A stretch of 64,000 bases of DNA from Woeseiaceae bacterium (GTDB lineage Bacteria > Pseudomonadota > Gammaproteobacteria > Steroidobacterales > Woeseiaceae), in assembly GCA_028277185.1 (NCBI GenBank), contig JANQGQ010000026.1:1-64000 (forward strand), read 5' to 3'. Below the pieces are notes generated by a model. That model was given only the letters and a program-made list of their open reading frames with translations, had not been told where the DNA came from and ran no database searches. This document shows, in pieces, positions 1 to 9,971 of the stretch; position 1 is the first letter of the stretch, and each line of letters begins with the position of its first letter. The position numbers were made by a program, and so were the translations under genes.

Positions 1-167
1 CGCGAGCAAAGCGCTTTGGCAGCTTTCCGGGAGCGCAACCCGCAAGATACGGATCTGACGTCACTTCGCCTATGGCACGAGTTCGAACTGGATAACCCGG
101 ATACTTTTTCGAACATGTATCAGTTCTGGTGCAGGAAGACTAAGCAAGCCTAAGCATCAACAGCTCG

Positions 168-902
168 TCAGTAAGCGACCGAGAATTGCCGTCTCACACG
201 CTGCGCTCGTTCTGCCTCGTTGATGAGCGCTACAGCGAAATCGGCACGCGAGACTCGGGTTCTACCCCGGTCATCCTCGAGTGCACGTTCGCCGCCGATA
301 CGGAAATCGCCGGTTCGCGGCCCGTTCGTGAAGCTCTTGGGCGGAGTTACGTACGTCCATCTGACGTCGTCGACCTTGCGATAGAACTCGAGCGCCAGGA
401 TCTGGCCGAGGATCTCCACCTCGAGGTTCTTCGGTAGGAGGATTTTCGGCAGCTTCTCGGCAAACAGGACACCCGGTTCGACCTCGAGCGATCCGGCGCC
501 ACCCACGTGGATCAGCCGCGGCGCACGGTCCTCCTGTCGGAACAGCACGTCGACGAGCATCTCGGCCGCAATGAACTGCAGCGCGCTCTCCGGCAAGCCT
601 GAGTCGCCGATGACACCGCGCACGGACAGGATAACGACATCCTGGCCAGTCACAATCTCCGTGACGCTGTCCTTATCGAGCAGATCGCCTTTGACGATCG
701 TCAGGTTATCGTGCTGCAAGTCGACCTGCTCGGGCCTTCGCGACACCGCCGTGACCCGGTGGCCGCGATCCAGCGCCTCGTCGACAATGTAAGAACCGAC
801 CTCCCCGGTGGCGCCGTAGATGACAATGTCGAGCGGTTGGCCGGCATGCGTGGCACCTGCCGTCAATATCAGTGCGAACCACACCAGCACTACTTGTCGC
901 AT
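168..902 (-). CDS. NAD(P)H-binding atypical SDR / NmrA-like oxidoreductase, probably secreted
   Basis: N-terminal signal-like segment followed by a Rossmann GATGxVG motif. Start placed at the internal MRQVVLV (ATG at 900-902) rather than the ORF-track start at 950. Confidence 0.6.
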   Translation of the reverse strand: MRQVVLVWFALILTAGATHAGQPLDIVIYGATGEVGSYIVDEALDRGHRVTAVSRRPEQVDLQHDNLTIVKGDLLDKDSVTEIVTGQDVVILSVRGVIGDSGLPESALQFIAAEMLVDVLFRQEDRAPRLIHVGGAGSLEVEPGVLFAEKLPKILLPKNLEVEILGQILALEFYRKVDDVRWTYVTPPKSFTNGPRTGDFRIGGERALEDDRGRTRVSRADFAVALINEAERAQRVRRQFSVAY

Positions 903-986
903 TGGTCTGTCCTGTATCCGAGTCGTGTCGTGAAGCGGGTACTCCAGCAAATCGCGGAAAGAACTTCCAGTCTCTCGAGCGCCAGG

Positions 987-2045
987 CTATGCCGTCGTGC
1001 CGGATTGTGCACGAAACTCGCTCGGTGTCATCCCGGTCCGTTGCTTGAATGCGCGGTGGAAGTTCGACTTGGATCGAAAACCGACTTCGTAAGCAATATC
1101 GATGACGGGCCGATCGCTCCACCCGGGATCGGTCAACAATCGCCTGGCGGCGTCGACGCGCACAGCATTGACTAAATCGCTGAAACTCATTCCAAGGCGG
1201 CGGTTGATTGCCTGCGACACCAGTCGCGGCGGCTCACCGATGCGTCTTGCAAACCGCGTCAGCGAAATCTCCTCATCGCTGTACATGCGCTGCTCCGCGA
1301 TTTCCGTCTGGATTCGCCCCGCGAGTTCGTCGAATACGCGGTCCGACATCACCGGCCGCGACTTCGCGGCGGCCAGCTCCCGCAGCCAATCGAACAGCGG
1401 CCGTTGCCCCATTGCACCGAAGACGACCACGAGCGACACGCCGAACACGACCAATACCGCCACCGGCAACAACTGCGAATTGCTCAGGTCCGTGTCGCCG
1501 AGCAGCTCCAGCGCGATAGCCGCATCCAGAACAGCGGAGAACGGATAGAACACGGCGAACACCTGCAGCCAGCGAAAGGCCCGGCTGGCGGCGACCGGGA
1601 ACTGCCCCGGACCGCTGCGCAAGTCGAGCAGATAGGTTGCTCCGTAACCCGCCATGCTTGCAAACAGGAGCAAGTCGAGGCCGTCGCCGTATCCTGTACC
1701 CCATAGCACGGGCACAAGAGCCAACGGGATGAAATGCGCTGTGTCCGCCGGCCGCAACGCGTACGTTCCTCCGCTCCTCAGGCTCCGGAAGAACAGGAAC
1801 ACGAGCGGGTTGGCAGCGAGTATGAAAGCTACTCTGACAGGGCCGGCCCGTGATTCCGGCGAGTCGAGCTGGTAGCTCAATACGAAGAGCTGGCTGGCAA
1901 ACAGCAGGAAGAACCCGCCAAGAAATCGATTAGGCCAACCCCTCGGCCCGCCGCCCGCCGACAGCAGATGCAGCGCGACGAGCGCAGCCCCGACACCAGC
2001 CGCAAACGGCAGGTTCGCAAGTACCGACAGGCTGTCATCGGCCAA
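987..2045 (-). CDS. AraC-family transcriptional regulator with N-terminal multi-TM domain
   Basis: C-terminal AraC HTH signature (…FSDLVNAVRVDAARRLL…IAYEVGFRSKSNFHRAFKQRTGMTPSEFR); the N-terminal half is hydrophobic. Confidence 0.7.
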   Translation of the reverse strand: MADDSLSVLANLPFAAGVGAALVALHLLSAGGGPRGWPNRFLGGFFLLFASQLFVLSYQLDSPESRAGPVRVAFILAANPLVFLFFRSLRSGGTYALRPADTAHFIPLALVPVLWGTGYGDGLDLLLFASMAGYGATYLLDLRSGPGQFPVAASRAFRWLQVFAVFYPFSAVLDAAIALELLGDTDLSNSQLLPVAVLVVFGVSLVVVFGAMGQRPLFDWLRELAAAKSRPVMSDRVFDELAGRIQTEIAEQRMYSDEEISLTRFARRIGEPPRLVSQAINRRLGMSFSDLVNAVRVDAARRLLTDPGWSDRPVIDIAYEVGFRSKSNFHRAFKQRTGMTPSEFRAQSGTTA

Positions 2046-2121
2046 TTGCCGGTCCTCGATCGCGATTCAGGACTACAGCACCTGGCGTGAACAGCATATT
2101 GGGCCCCGTCACAAACGGGAG

Positions 2122-3165
2122 ATGTCGATGTACACACCACATGCGTTTCGAGTCGCTATTGTCCTTGCATTCTCAGCTATCGCCAACGTCCAGGCTGCCC
2201 CCTACGAGCCTGCCGTCCACATTACTCAACTGACGGACGAGTCGCGAGACCGCACGATGGAGGTCTGGGTATGGGGACCCGCCCAACCGACGGGGAGCGC
2301 CTCCCTCGTCGGCGGAAACTCGGTCTTCGAGCCGGTTGCCGGCGAGAGCGGCCGCAGTTTCGCGCCCGGATCGCACCCTTTGCTCGTATTCTTTCACGGC
2401 ACCAGCGGCAACACGCGGTCGATCGCCTGGCTCAGTTCGGCTCTTGCGGCTCACGGCTATGTGGTCGTGTCGGCCAACCATCCGGGCTCCACGAGTCTGC
2501 AGGTAAGCCAGGAAAGCATCATGCAAACCTGGCTGCAGGCGGAGGACGGCAGGTTCCTGATCGATGCCCTGCTCGCATCGGAGAAGTTTGCGACATCGAT
2601 CGATGCCGAACGCATTGGAAGCATCGGTTTCTCGCTCGGCGGCTACAGCTCCCTCGCAATTGCCGGCGCCCGTCTCGAGATCCGCAAGCTGCAGGAGTTC
2701 TGTCGCATCAGCCCCGAGGAAGAAACCTGCAAACTCTTTCCCGATGCACTCTATGGCCCGCCGGTCTCGGGCCGGCCGCAGAACCGCGATGTCTCCGATC
2801 CACGCATCCGGATCGCCGTGAGCTTAGCCCCGGGCTTTGTCCCGGCGTTGACCCCGGACAGCATGGCAGCTATCGACGTGCCGGTGCTGATCCTGGCCGG
2901 CACACAGGACGAAATGCTGCCGGCTGAGCGCCACGCACGACGGCTGGCAGGACAATTTGTGCTCGGTGACTACGTCGAACTCAGCTACGCTTCACACTTC
3001 AGCTTTCTCGGCCTTTGCACGAGCGGCGCGCTGGAAATACTCCGCGAAGAAAATGCCGAGTTCCTGTGTCATGACCCGATTGAGTCCACCCGCCAGGCGG
3101 TACACGACCGCGTCATTCGTCTCATAACCGACTTCCTCGATGCAGGCTTCGATCGCGATCTTTAG
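2122..3165 (+). CDS. Secreted alpha/beta hydrolase (lipase/esterase-like)
   Basis: Signal peptide, GFSLGG nucleophile elbow (GxSxG) and FFHGTSG oxyanion region. Confidence 0.6.
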   Translation: MSMYTPHAFRVAIVLAFSAIANVQAAPYEPAVHITQLTDESRDRTMEVWVWGPAQPTGSASLVGGNSVFEPVAGESGRSFAPGSHPLLVFFHGTSGNTRSIAWLSSALAAHGYVVVSANHPGSTSLQVSQESIMQTWLQAEDGRFLIDALLASEKFATSIDAERIGSIGFSLGGYSSLAIAGARLEIRKLQEFCRISPEEETCKLFPDALYGPPVSGRPQNRDVSDPRIRIAVSLAPGFVPALTPDSMAAIDVPVLILAGTQDEMLPAERHARRLAGQFVLGDYVELSYASHFSFLGLCTSGALEILREENAEFLCHDPIESTRQAVHDRVIRLITDFLDAGFDRDL

Positions 3166-3308
3166 CAATTCTCATTGATACTTTTCCTCGAGCGGCTGCA
3201 CGGTATACTGGACGGAGGTGGGCCGACAGGAACACCGGTAGCTGCGTGTCTAACGCGGCCACAGAATCGGCGCGGCAGGCAGCGCGACACCGAGGCGAGG
3301 AAGCGACA

Positions 3309-3542
3309 ATGACACGACTCTGTGCTTTTTGTTTGGCAGCCAGCGGGCTGCTGGCCGGTTGTGCCGCAACGTCGCCGATACCCGCGGACGCCCCGATCGC
3401 GACGACTGCTACTGTCGACGCCGACAACGCCGATGCAGTCTGCAACGCGACTCCGGATCGGTCATGCACCGATCTTCAGCCCGATCGGACCGGCATACTC
3501 GTAGAAGAGGGTTTTTCGACATACGGTAAGACTTCCCGATAG
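3309..3542 (+). CDS. Small putative lipoprotein
   Basis: Internal ATG at 3309 preceded by GAGGAAG; LLAGC lipobox-like signal. Short and otherwise uncharacterised. Confidence 0.35.
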   Translation: MTRLCAFCLAASGLLAGCAATSPIPADAPIATTATVDADNADAVCNATPDRSCTDLQPDRTGILVEEGFSTYGKTSR

Positions 3543-3677
3543 CAGACGACGCCAACTCACAGAAAAGGCAGCCGGGCCCCTCGCGGGACCCGGCCTATTC
3601 CGCATCAACCGACTAGAAGGGGTACGGCAGGCGCGGAAATCCGAATTCTCCTGAGTTGCGAACGTCGCTCTGTCGGT

Positions 3678-4139
3678 CTAATCGGCGCATGGCGCACCCG
3701 GAACGCACTCGGCCGATCGCCATTCCGGCTCACCGGCACGGGTCATCAGGTCGGCTATGAAGCGCCAGACTCCGTCTGCACCGCAGACGGTGACCGTGGT
3801 GAACTGGCCGTAACTGGGCTCACGGCCCTCCACACGAATTCGATAGAGACCGACGTCCGCGACGAGGTCATCGGCCCGGTCGCGATGGACGATCTTGAAA
3901 TCGATCGCCAGAGTAAGACCGTCTTCCGGCGCTACGTATGCGAAGACCTGTGTCATCTCCTCGGCGCTGTGCACCTCGGGTCGATCAACGCCGCCCAAAA
4001 CCGAGGTCGGCGAGTACGCGCTTGCGACCATCGCGGGATCTCGATTCCGAAAACCCTCTTCCATCGCACGGTACGGCGCGTCGATACCTGCGGGATCGCA
4101 AGAGGCAGAGGCCGTAAGCATGACAAGCACAGCAATCAT
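3678..4139 (-). CDS. NTF2/SnoaL-like fold protein, possibly a lipoprotein
   Basis: Signal peptide ending ASASC; 150-aa protein that looks like the SnoaL/DUF4440 family (assigned from recall of that family, not from a motif). Confidence 0.4.
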   Translation of the reverse strand: MIAVLVMLTASASCDPAGIDAPYRAMEEGFRNRDPAMVASAYSPTSVLGGVDRPEVHSAEEMTQVFAYVAPEDGLTLAIDFKIVHRDRADDLVADVGLYRIRVEGREPSYGQFTTVTVCGADGVWRFIADLMTRAGEPEWRSAECVPGAPCAD

Positions 4140-4152
4140 ATGAGCATCTCCG

Positions 4153-4692
4153 TCAATCGGTAACCGTGTTCGATCGCCCCGTCAGCAGGCCGGCGGCACG
4201 AGCGGCATCCGTGCCGCGTTCTGCATCCGCGCTTTCGTGCGCCCGGATCCGGGCAGAAAAGGGCCGGGCTTCCAGTGCTTCGATCGCCTGTCTAACCAGG
4301 TCGCCAAGCGGATAGCTCAACGCTGCGTCGAGTTCGCGAGCCGCGGCGTCCGTCGCGCGCCATCTCTTCCCGAGCCACGGCAGAAGCCGACGTCCTTCCC
4401 GGGTCAGCGTCGCCCGCCGGCTTCGCCGGTCGGTATTGGGCGTCAGCTCGACGAGGCCCGAATCCGAAAGCCTGGCCACCGTCTGACTGGCTGCCGAATG
4501 GGATACGCTCGACATCGCGGCAATGTCCTTGATCGTCAGATGATCGTTGGCGGCCAGCGCTTTCATCACCGGTGTGAACCGCGACGTGTAAAACGGGTGG
4601 TCTTCCCGGTAGATCCGGTCGAGATCGCCATCGAGAAGCTCGAGCAGTCTGCGCAATTGCGTGCCGAGACCGTCAGCGGGGTAGTCAGTCAT
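4153..4692 (-). CDS. MarR-family transcriptional regulator
   Basis: Winged-helix MarR signature (…IKDIAAMSSVSHSAASQTVARLSDSGLVELTPNTDRRSRRATLTREG…). Confidence 0.75.
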   Translation of the reverse strand: MTDYPADGLGTQLRRLLELLDGDLDRIYREDHPFYTSRFTPVMKALAANDHLTIKDIAAMSSVSHSAASQTVARLSDSGLVELTPNTDRRSRRATLTREGRRLLPWLGKRWRATDAAARELDAALSYPLGDLVRQAIEALEARPFSARIRAHESADAERGTDAARAAGLLTGRSNTVTD

Positions 4693-4720
4693 AACAGTGC
4701 TTATATAAAAGCACTGTTAT
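4691..4720. promoter_or_regulatory. Perfect 12-bp inverted repeat (ATAACAGTGCTT-N6-AAGCACTGTTAT) abutting the MarR start codon; candidate MarR operator
   Basis: Palindrome read directly from the sequence. It overlaps the annotated ATG of the MarR gene by 2 nt and no SD is visible, so the true start may be downstream or the mRNA may be leaderless. Confidence 0.45.
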
Positions 4721-4799
4721 ATCGCAGCGGCAGCAAGAAGGCAACAAGGAGCGACCCCGCCATCGGCATCAGATAGCGCTGCTGAAACGGCGTGTCGAA

Positions 4800-6062
4800 C
4801 TATGGACCGGGCACGTCCGGCACGTCCGCCATCCGAATCGTTCTGCCGCCAGCGTCGATCGATTGCATCGCCGCCAGTATTACGCGCGTGGCTTCGAGGC
4901 CCTCAGAGCCATCGACCGGTAACTTGCGGCCGCGCGCGAATGCCGCGATGTCCTGGATGAGCTTACGGTCGGCACCGAAGTGCGAGGTTTCGAACGCATC
5001 CGCTTTGCACTCGATCACCTCGTGGCGCCGCTCCGGGTAGTCGGTCACGATGTCGATCTCGCCTCTCAGGCGCGTCAGGATCATACGCCCCCGCGTGCCA
5101 ACGAGTTCGAACGTTTCCTCGTCATCGGCGCGCGGGCCGTAGACGTTGTAGAAGATCGTCGCGACGACTCCGTTGTCGTACCGATAATGCGCCGAAGCGT
5201 GATCGAAGATGTCGGCGCCCGGCTTGTACACGCACTGGTCTTTGCGATGCAGTGCGTCGCTCCCCTGATAGAACGTCTCGTCGATCGCACCGTGCCGATA
5301 GTCCGTCGAAAGATCCTCCGCGCTGACTGCGCGGTAGGGACAGCCGGCGTCATCGCAGTCGGGGCAGTACTCAGGCGTGTCGTCGCGCGGTATGAATACG
5401 TGACGCCCGCCGAACGCATTCACCTGTACGGCGCGGCCGCGCCCGAACCAGTTGAATACGTCGGCATAGTGCGACCCTTTGTCGTTCAGCGCACCGCCGC
5501 TGATCGCCCGATTGCGGTGCCATGTATGGAAATAGCGAGAGTAAGGCAGAACGGCCCGGATCAGCATCATCCTGAGCTCGCCGATAACGCCCCGCTCGAG
5601 CAAGGAATAGAGTTCCAGCCACGGCCGCTCGTAGCGACGCGTGAACCCCATTATCAGCGGGTTTCCAGTACGCAGCTCGGTCTCACGGATGGCGACAGCG
5701 TCGGCGACGGTGTGGGCCATCGGCTTGTCGAGGTAAACCTTCTTGCCGGATTCGAGCGCCGGAATCGCGGCTTCGCGATGTGCCGACGTCGGCGTCGTTA
5801 TCGCGATGAGGTCGACATTGTCGTCATGAATCAGATCGGCCGCGTCGGCGTACAGCGCCGGCGTAAACGGGGCATTACCCGCGGCGACGGCCGCGGCGTT
5901 GAGCTGCCCGGCACCGACGCGCAGCCGTTCCTGCGAGCTGTCGCATAAAGCCGTAACGCTGACGTCGAGCGCTGCACTCTGCTCGGCGACATGCTGGCCG
6001 ATGTTGTTGATGCCCCGGCTGCCCGTACCGATGATGCCGATGCGGATCCTGTCTTCAGCCAT
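4800..6062 (-). CDS. Gfo/Idh/MocA-family NAD(P)-dependent oxidoreductase
   Basis: N-terminal IRIGIIGTGSRG Rossmann motif and family-typical length (420 aa). Confidence 0.75.
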   Translation of the reverse strand: MAEDRIRIGIIGTGSRGINNIGQHVAEQSAALDVSVTALCDSSQERLRVGAGQLNAAAVAAGNAPFTPALYADAADLIHDDNVDLIAITTPTSAHREAAIPALESGKKVYLDKPMAHTVADAVAIRETELRTGNPLIMGFTRRYERPWLELYSLLERGVIGELRMMLIRAVLPYSRYFHTWHRNRAISGGALNDKGSHYADVFNWFGRGRAVQVNAFGGRHVFIPRDDTPEYCPDCDDAGCPYRAVSAEDLSTDYRHGAIDETFYQGSDALHRKDQCVYKPGADIFDHASAHYRYDNGVVATIFYNVYGPRADDEETFELVGTRGRMILTRLRGEIDIVTDYPERRHEVIECKADAFETSHFGADRKLIQDIAAFARGRKLPVDGSEGLEATRVILAAMQSIDAGGRTIRMADVPDVPGP

Positions 6063-6165
6063 CGCGCTCCACTCCGAAACCGCCGTGTAAGTGCAATTGT
6101 TGCACGAGACGTCGCACGGTTTGTGACGGTTACTCCGATCCCGCCAAAGCTGGTACCTTGGCGCA

Positions 6166-7707
6166 ATGGACGCTTACGGCAGATATCGGCCGCTCTATGG
6201 CGATATCCACAATCACTGCGACATCTCCTACGGCCACGGGTCGTTGAGCGATGCGCTTGCCAACGCACGCGAACGCCTCGACTTCGTTTCGATAACGGGT
6301 CATGCGCATTGGCCCGACATGCCCGCGCCCGAGCCGCGTATTCAGGACGTCATCGACTTTCACCTCGAAGGATTCGCCCGGCTCAAGGCACGGTGGCCTG
6401 AGGTCCTCAGTACGCTGCGCGCCGCCAACGAGGAGGGCAGCTTCACGGTCTTCCCGGCCTTCGAGGTCCACTCATCGGCGTCCGGCGATCGCAACGTCCT
6501 CTACCGCGACCTCGACCGACCCGATGAGGACCTGGCCATTCTCTATCCGGACAGTCTCGACGATCTGAACGACAAGCTCCGGCGCCTGCGCGAGCGCGGC
6601 ATCGACACGCTGGCGCAGCCGCACAGCATCGCCTACAAGCGCGGTTTCCGCGGCATCGACTGGAGCACCTACGACCCCGGGTTTGCGCCCGTCGTCGAGC
6701 TGATTTCGATGCACGGCTGCTCGGAGCAGAGCGACAACACCCGGCCGTTCCTGCACGTCATGGGTCCCTCCGACTACGAGGGAACGATGCACGCAGGCCT
6801 GGCCCAGGGGCACGTATTCGGCATCACGGGTTCGACCGATCATCACTCCGGACATCCTGGCTCCTACGGTCACGGCCTCTCGGGTATCTGGGCTGCCGCG
6901 CATACGCGCGAAGCAATCTGGCAGGCATTCTATGAGCGCCGCGTCTGGGCGATGACCGGTGACCGAATTGAGCTGCGGTTCGCGATTGACGATGCGCCGA
7001 TGGGCAGCGTGCTGGACTGTGGCCGGGCACGCCGCATCGTACTCGATGTCCGCGCCGGCGGCGCGATCGACTATGTCGACGTCGTAAAAGACAATCGATT
7101 GATCAAACGCTTATCCGAATGCGACATATCTCCACAGGATCCCGGCACAACGGTCCGTACGAAGCTCTACCTCGAACTGGGCTGGGGACCCCGCCAGGCC
7201 ACGTTTCATTGGCATGCCGGCTTCGGCATCACCGACGGCCGCATTATCGACGTCGAGCCTCGCTTCCGCGGACGCCAGGTCGTATCGCCCCTGGACGAAG
7301 CCGAGGCAGACAGCCACCACACGGCACGCGTGCTTGGACGCGAGGCGCAATCGGTCGAGTTCGAGGCGCTGAGCGAAGGGACCCCCAACAACTTCACGAC
7401 GACGTCGCAGGGCATGTGTATAGAGGTCGAGATGCCCCGCGAAGCAAGCGTGTTCGCCGTACTCAACGGCCAGCGTCTCGAATGGCCGCTCGAACTCTTA
7501 ATCGAGGGCGCGCGCTCCGGCCTGATCAACGGCATGGAGTCGAACGCCTGGCGCATCAACCGCGCCCCGCTGCCGCACGAGATGAACTATCGGCTCGCGT
7601 TCGAGGACGAGACGAACGTCGACGAGCCGGCCAGCTACTATGCACGCGTGCGGCAGAAGAACGACCACTGGGCGTGGTCTTCGCCGATTTTCTTCCGCCG
7701 GGACTGA
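6166..7707 (+). CDS. PHP-like metal-dependent phosphoesterase (DUF3604-like)
   Basis: N-terminal GDIHNHCDISYGHG motif resembling the PHP / DUF3604 His-rich metal site. Family assignment is from memory. Confidence 0.45.
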   Translation: MDAYGRYRPLYGDIHNHCDISYGHGSLSDALANARERLDFVSITGHAHWPDMPAPEPRIQDVIDFHLEGFARLKARWPEVLSTLRAANEEGSFTVFPAFEVHSSASGDRNVLYRDLDRPDEDLAILYPDSLDDLNDKLRRLRERGIDTLAQPHSIAYKRGFRGIDWSTYDPGFAPVVELISMHGCSEQSDNTRPFLHVMGPSDYEGTMHAGLAQGHVFGITGSTDHHSGHPGSYGHGLSGIWAAAHTREAIWQAFYERRVWAMTGDRIELRFAIDDAPMGSVLDCGRARRIVLDVRAGGAIDYVDVVKDNRLIKRLSECDISPQDPGTTVRTKLYLELGWGPRQATFHWHAGFGITDGRIIDVEPRFRGRQVVSPLDEAEADSHHTARVLGREAQSVEFEALSEGTPNNFTTTSQGMCIEVEMPREASVFAVLNGQRLEWPLELLIEGARSGLINGMESNAWRINRAPLPHEMNYRLAFEDETNVDEPASYYARVRQKNDHWAWSSPIFFRRD

Positions 7708-7728
7708 CAGGGCCGAACGGCTTTCCGT

Positions 7729-9321
7729 ATGTCGCTAGAAACCATCGACATCGGTATCGTGATCGTCTACCTGATCGGCGTACTGATGTTCGGCGTCTGG
7801 ATCGGCCGCCGCGAGAATCCGGACAGAGCGGGTTTCTTTCTCGGTGGCAAGAACTTCACCTGGCCGCTGATCGGCATGTCCCTGTTTGCCACCCACATCT
7901 CGAGCATTCAGTTCGTCGGTCAGTCCGGTCTCGCCTATAGCATCGGCATGGCCGCCGCGAGTCCGCAGCTCACGGGGGTCATCTGCATCGCGATCTCGGC
8001 GATGTTCTTCATACCCGTGTACCTCCGAACGAGGATCTTCACGATCCCGGGCTTTCTCGAGCATCGCTACAACAAAACCGCCAAGCAGATCTATGCCGTC
8101 ATAGTGATCTGCTTCGGCCTGTGCCTGACGTCGATCGTCCTCTACTCGGGCAGCCTCGTCGCGTTGACGCTGTTCGGCCTCGATAACGACAAGCTGTTCT
8201 ATTGCGCGCTGCTCCTGGGTTTTGCAAGCGGGCTGTATGCCATCACCGGGGGACTGTCGGCCGTCGTTTACACCGATGTGATTCAGTCGGTCGTGCTGCT
8301 GGCCGGCGGAGTCCTCGTCCTGTTCCTCGGACTCAACGCGGCCGGCGGCGTGGGCGAACTCGTCAGTACGGTGCCGGAACAGCACCTGGAAATTCTCCTG
8401 CCCGCCGATCACGCGGTCATGCCGTTCACCGCCGTGTTCAGCGGGCTGTTGCTGATGAGCCTGTTCTGGGCGGCAAGCGATCAGGACCTGCTGCAGCGGA
8501 CACTCGGCGCGAAAGACCTGCGCAACGCGCAGCTCGGCATGCTCCTCGGCGGCTTTCTGAAGATCGTTGCCGTCTTCGTTCTCGTGTTCCCGGGCATTCT
8601 CGCCTTCAAACTGGTTCCGGGCGTCAACCCCGACCAGGCCTATCCGACCCTGATTCAGACCGTGCTGCCAATCGGCGTCTCGGGCATCGTGCTGGCAGGT
8701 TTGCTCGCGGCCATCATGTCGACGCTTGACTCGAGCATCATGTCATTGAGTTCGATCTTCACGATCGACATCTACCCAAGGTTTACGCGTAAGCTCGACG
8801 AGCAGCGGGCGCTCAAAGTCGGCCGGATCGCCGCCGTCACGATTCTGATCTGGGCGATCGTCACCGCTCCGCTCCTGCAGCACCTCGGGTTGATCTACCT
8901 GCTGCTCCAGAAAGTCATCAACTATCTGCTGCCCGCCGTAGGCGTGTGCTATGTCATCGGCCGGTTCAACAAACGGGTCAACGGTTTCGGGGCCGTTGTG
9001 ACGATGAGCCTGGGCTTCGTCATCGGCATCTCATTTTTGCTGATGACGACGGTACCCGCGCTGAAGGCAGTCAGTCCCGACATCATCGTAGAAGCCAATT
9101 TCTTCCACGTGAGCTTCTTTCTGATCCTGGCCTATGCGGCGATACTGCTGATCAGCAGCCGGATGCGGCCCGCGCCCGCGGTAGAGGACCTCGCGTTCAT
9201 GCAGCCGACCGAGGAGGAGCTGACCGAACGGCGCGCAAGGTCCCGCGGCCTGTTTGGCTCGTTCAGATTCTGGGTCGGCTTGTATGTTCTGGCGTTCCTG
9301 GCAGTCTTCGTTCTTTTCTGA
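7729..9321 (+). CDS. Sodium:solute symporter (SSS) family transporter
   Basis: 13-14 predicted TM segments and the SSF signature region (GGKNFTWPLIGMSLFATHISSIQFVGQSG). Confidence 0.8.
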   Translation: MSLETIDIGIVIVYLIGVLMFGVWIGRRENPDRAGFFLGGKNFTWPLIGMSLFATHISSIQFVGQSGLAYSIGMAAASPQLTGVICIAISAMFFIPVYLRTRIFTIPGFLEHRYNKTAKQIYAVIVICFGLCLTSIVLYSGSLVALTLFGLDNDKLFYCALLLGFASGLYAITGGLSAVVYTDVIQSVVLLAGGVLVLFLGLNAAGGVGELVSTVPEQHLEILLPADHAVMPFTAVFSGLLLMSLFWAASDQDLLQRTLGAKDLRNAQLGMLLGGFLKIVAVFVLVFPGILAFKLVPGVNPDQAYPTLIQTVLPIGVSGIVLAGLLAAIMSTLDSSIMSLSSIFTIDIYPRFTRKLDEQRALKVGRIAAVTILIWAIVTAPLLQHLGLIYLLLQKVINYLLPAVGVCYVIGRFNKRVNGFGAVVTMSLGFVIGISFLLMTTVPALKAVSPDIIVEANFFHVSFFLILAYAAILLISSRMRPAPAVEDLAFMQPTEEELTERRARSRGLFGSFRFWVGLYVLAFLAVFVLF

Positions 9322-9499
9322 GCGGTCGCAGCGGCAGGCTGTTCAGGAAACGCTTCGGCGAACGGCTGTTTTCCCGGCGATCGCCAGACGGCACCCTCCC
9401 GGGTAACGGGTTTTGCCGTGGGAGTTCCCTGTGCAAAAATGCAGGTGGAGTGACCCGCTGAGAGGATCACATGTCCGACGACAGCTGTCTGGAGTACCA

Positions 9500-9964
9500 G
9501 TGACCGATGTGCACAGTGTCGAGCAGCGAAGCCGGAACATGGCGGCGATTCGCGGCAAAGATACGAAGCCGGAGATGCTGGTTCGGCGCGGCTTGTTTGC
9601 CCGCGGCTATCGGTATCGGCTGCATCGTTCCGACATTGCGGGAAAGCCCGATATCGTTCTCCCAAAGTACCGGGCCGTAATCCAGGTTCAAGGCTGCTTC
9701 TGGCACAAGCACAATTGCCGCTACTTCAAGTGGCCAGCAACCCGAACGGCGTTCTGGCGCCGTAAGATCGAAGGGAACGTCGCGCGCGACCAAAGAGCTT
9801 TGTATCAGCTCAAAGTCGATGGGTGGCGTGCCCTGATCATCTGGGAGTGCGCGCTCAGGAAACGCTCTCCCGAACGGCTGGAGAAGCTGCTGGATCAGGT
9901 CGAACAGTGGCTGCACAGTCAGTCTGAGTATCTCGAGCTCCCGCTCGAGCCGCCCCTGGACTAG
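9500..9964 (+). CDS. vsr: Very-short-patch repair endonuclease (T:G mismatch-specific)
   Basis: Close match to the E. coli Vsr core (…RSRNMAAIRGKDTKPE…FWHKH… and …GWRALIIWECAL). GTG start at 9500 with GGAG five nt upstream. Confidence 0.8.
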   Translation: MTDVHSVEQRSRNMAAIRGKDTKPEMLVRRGLFARGYRYRLHRSDIAGKPDIVLPKYRAVIQVQGCFWHKHNCRYFKWPATRTAFWRRKIEGNVARDQRALYQLKVDGWRALIIWECALRKRSPERLEKLLDQVEQWLHSQSEYLELPLEPPLD

Positions 9965-9971
9965 GGTCTGC

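Noticed and set aside
4980-5948. 322-aa plus-strand ORF
   Set aside because: Antisense to the Gfo/Idh/MocA oxidoreductase.
7735-8412. 225-aa minus-strand ORF
   Set aside because: Antisense to the SSS transporter.
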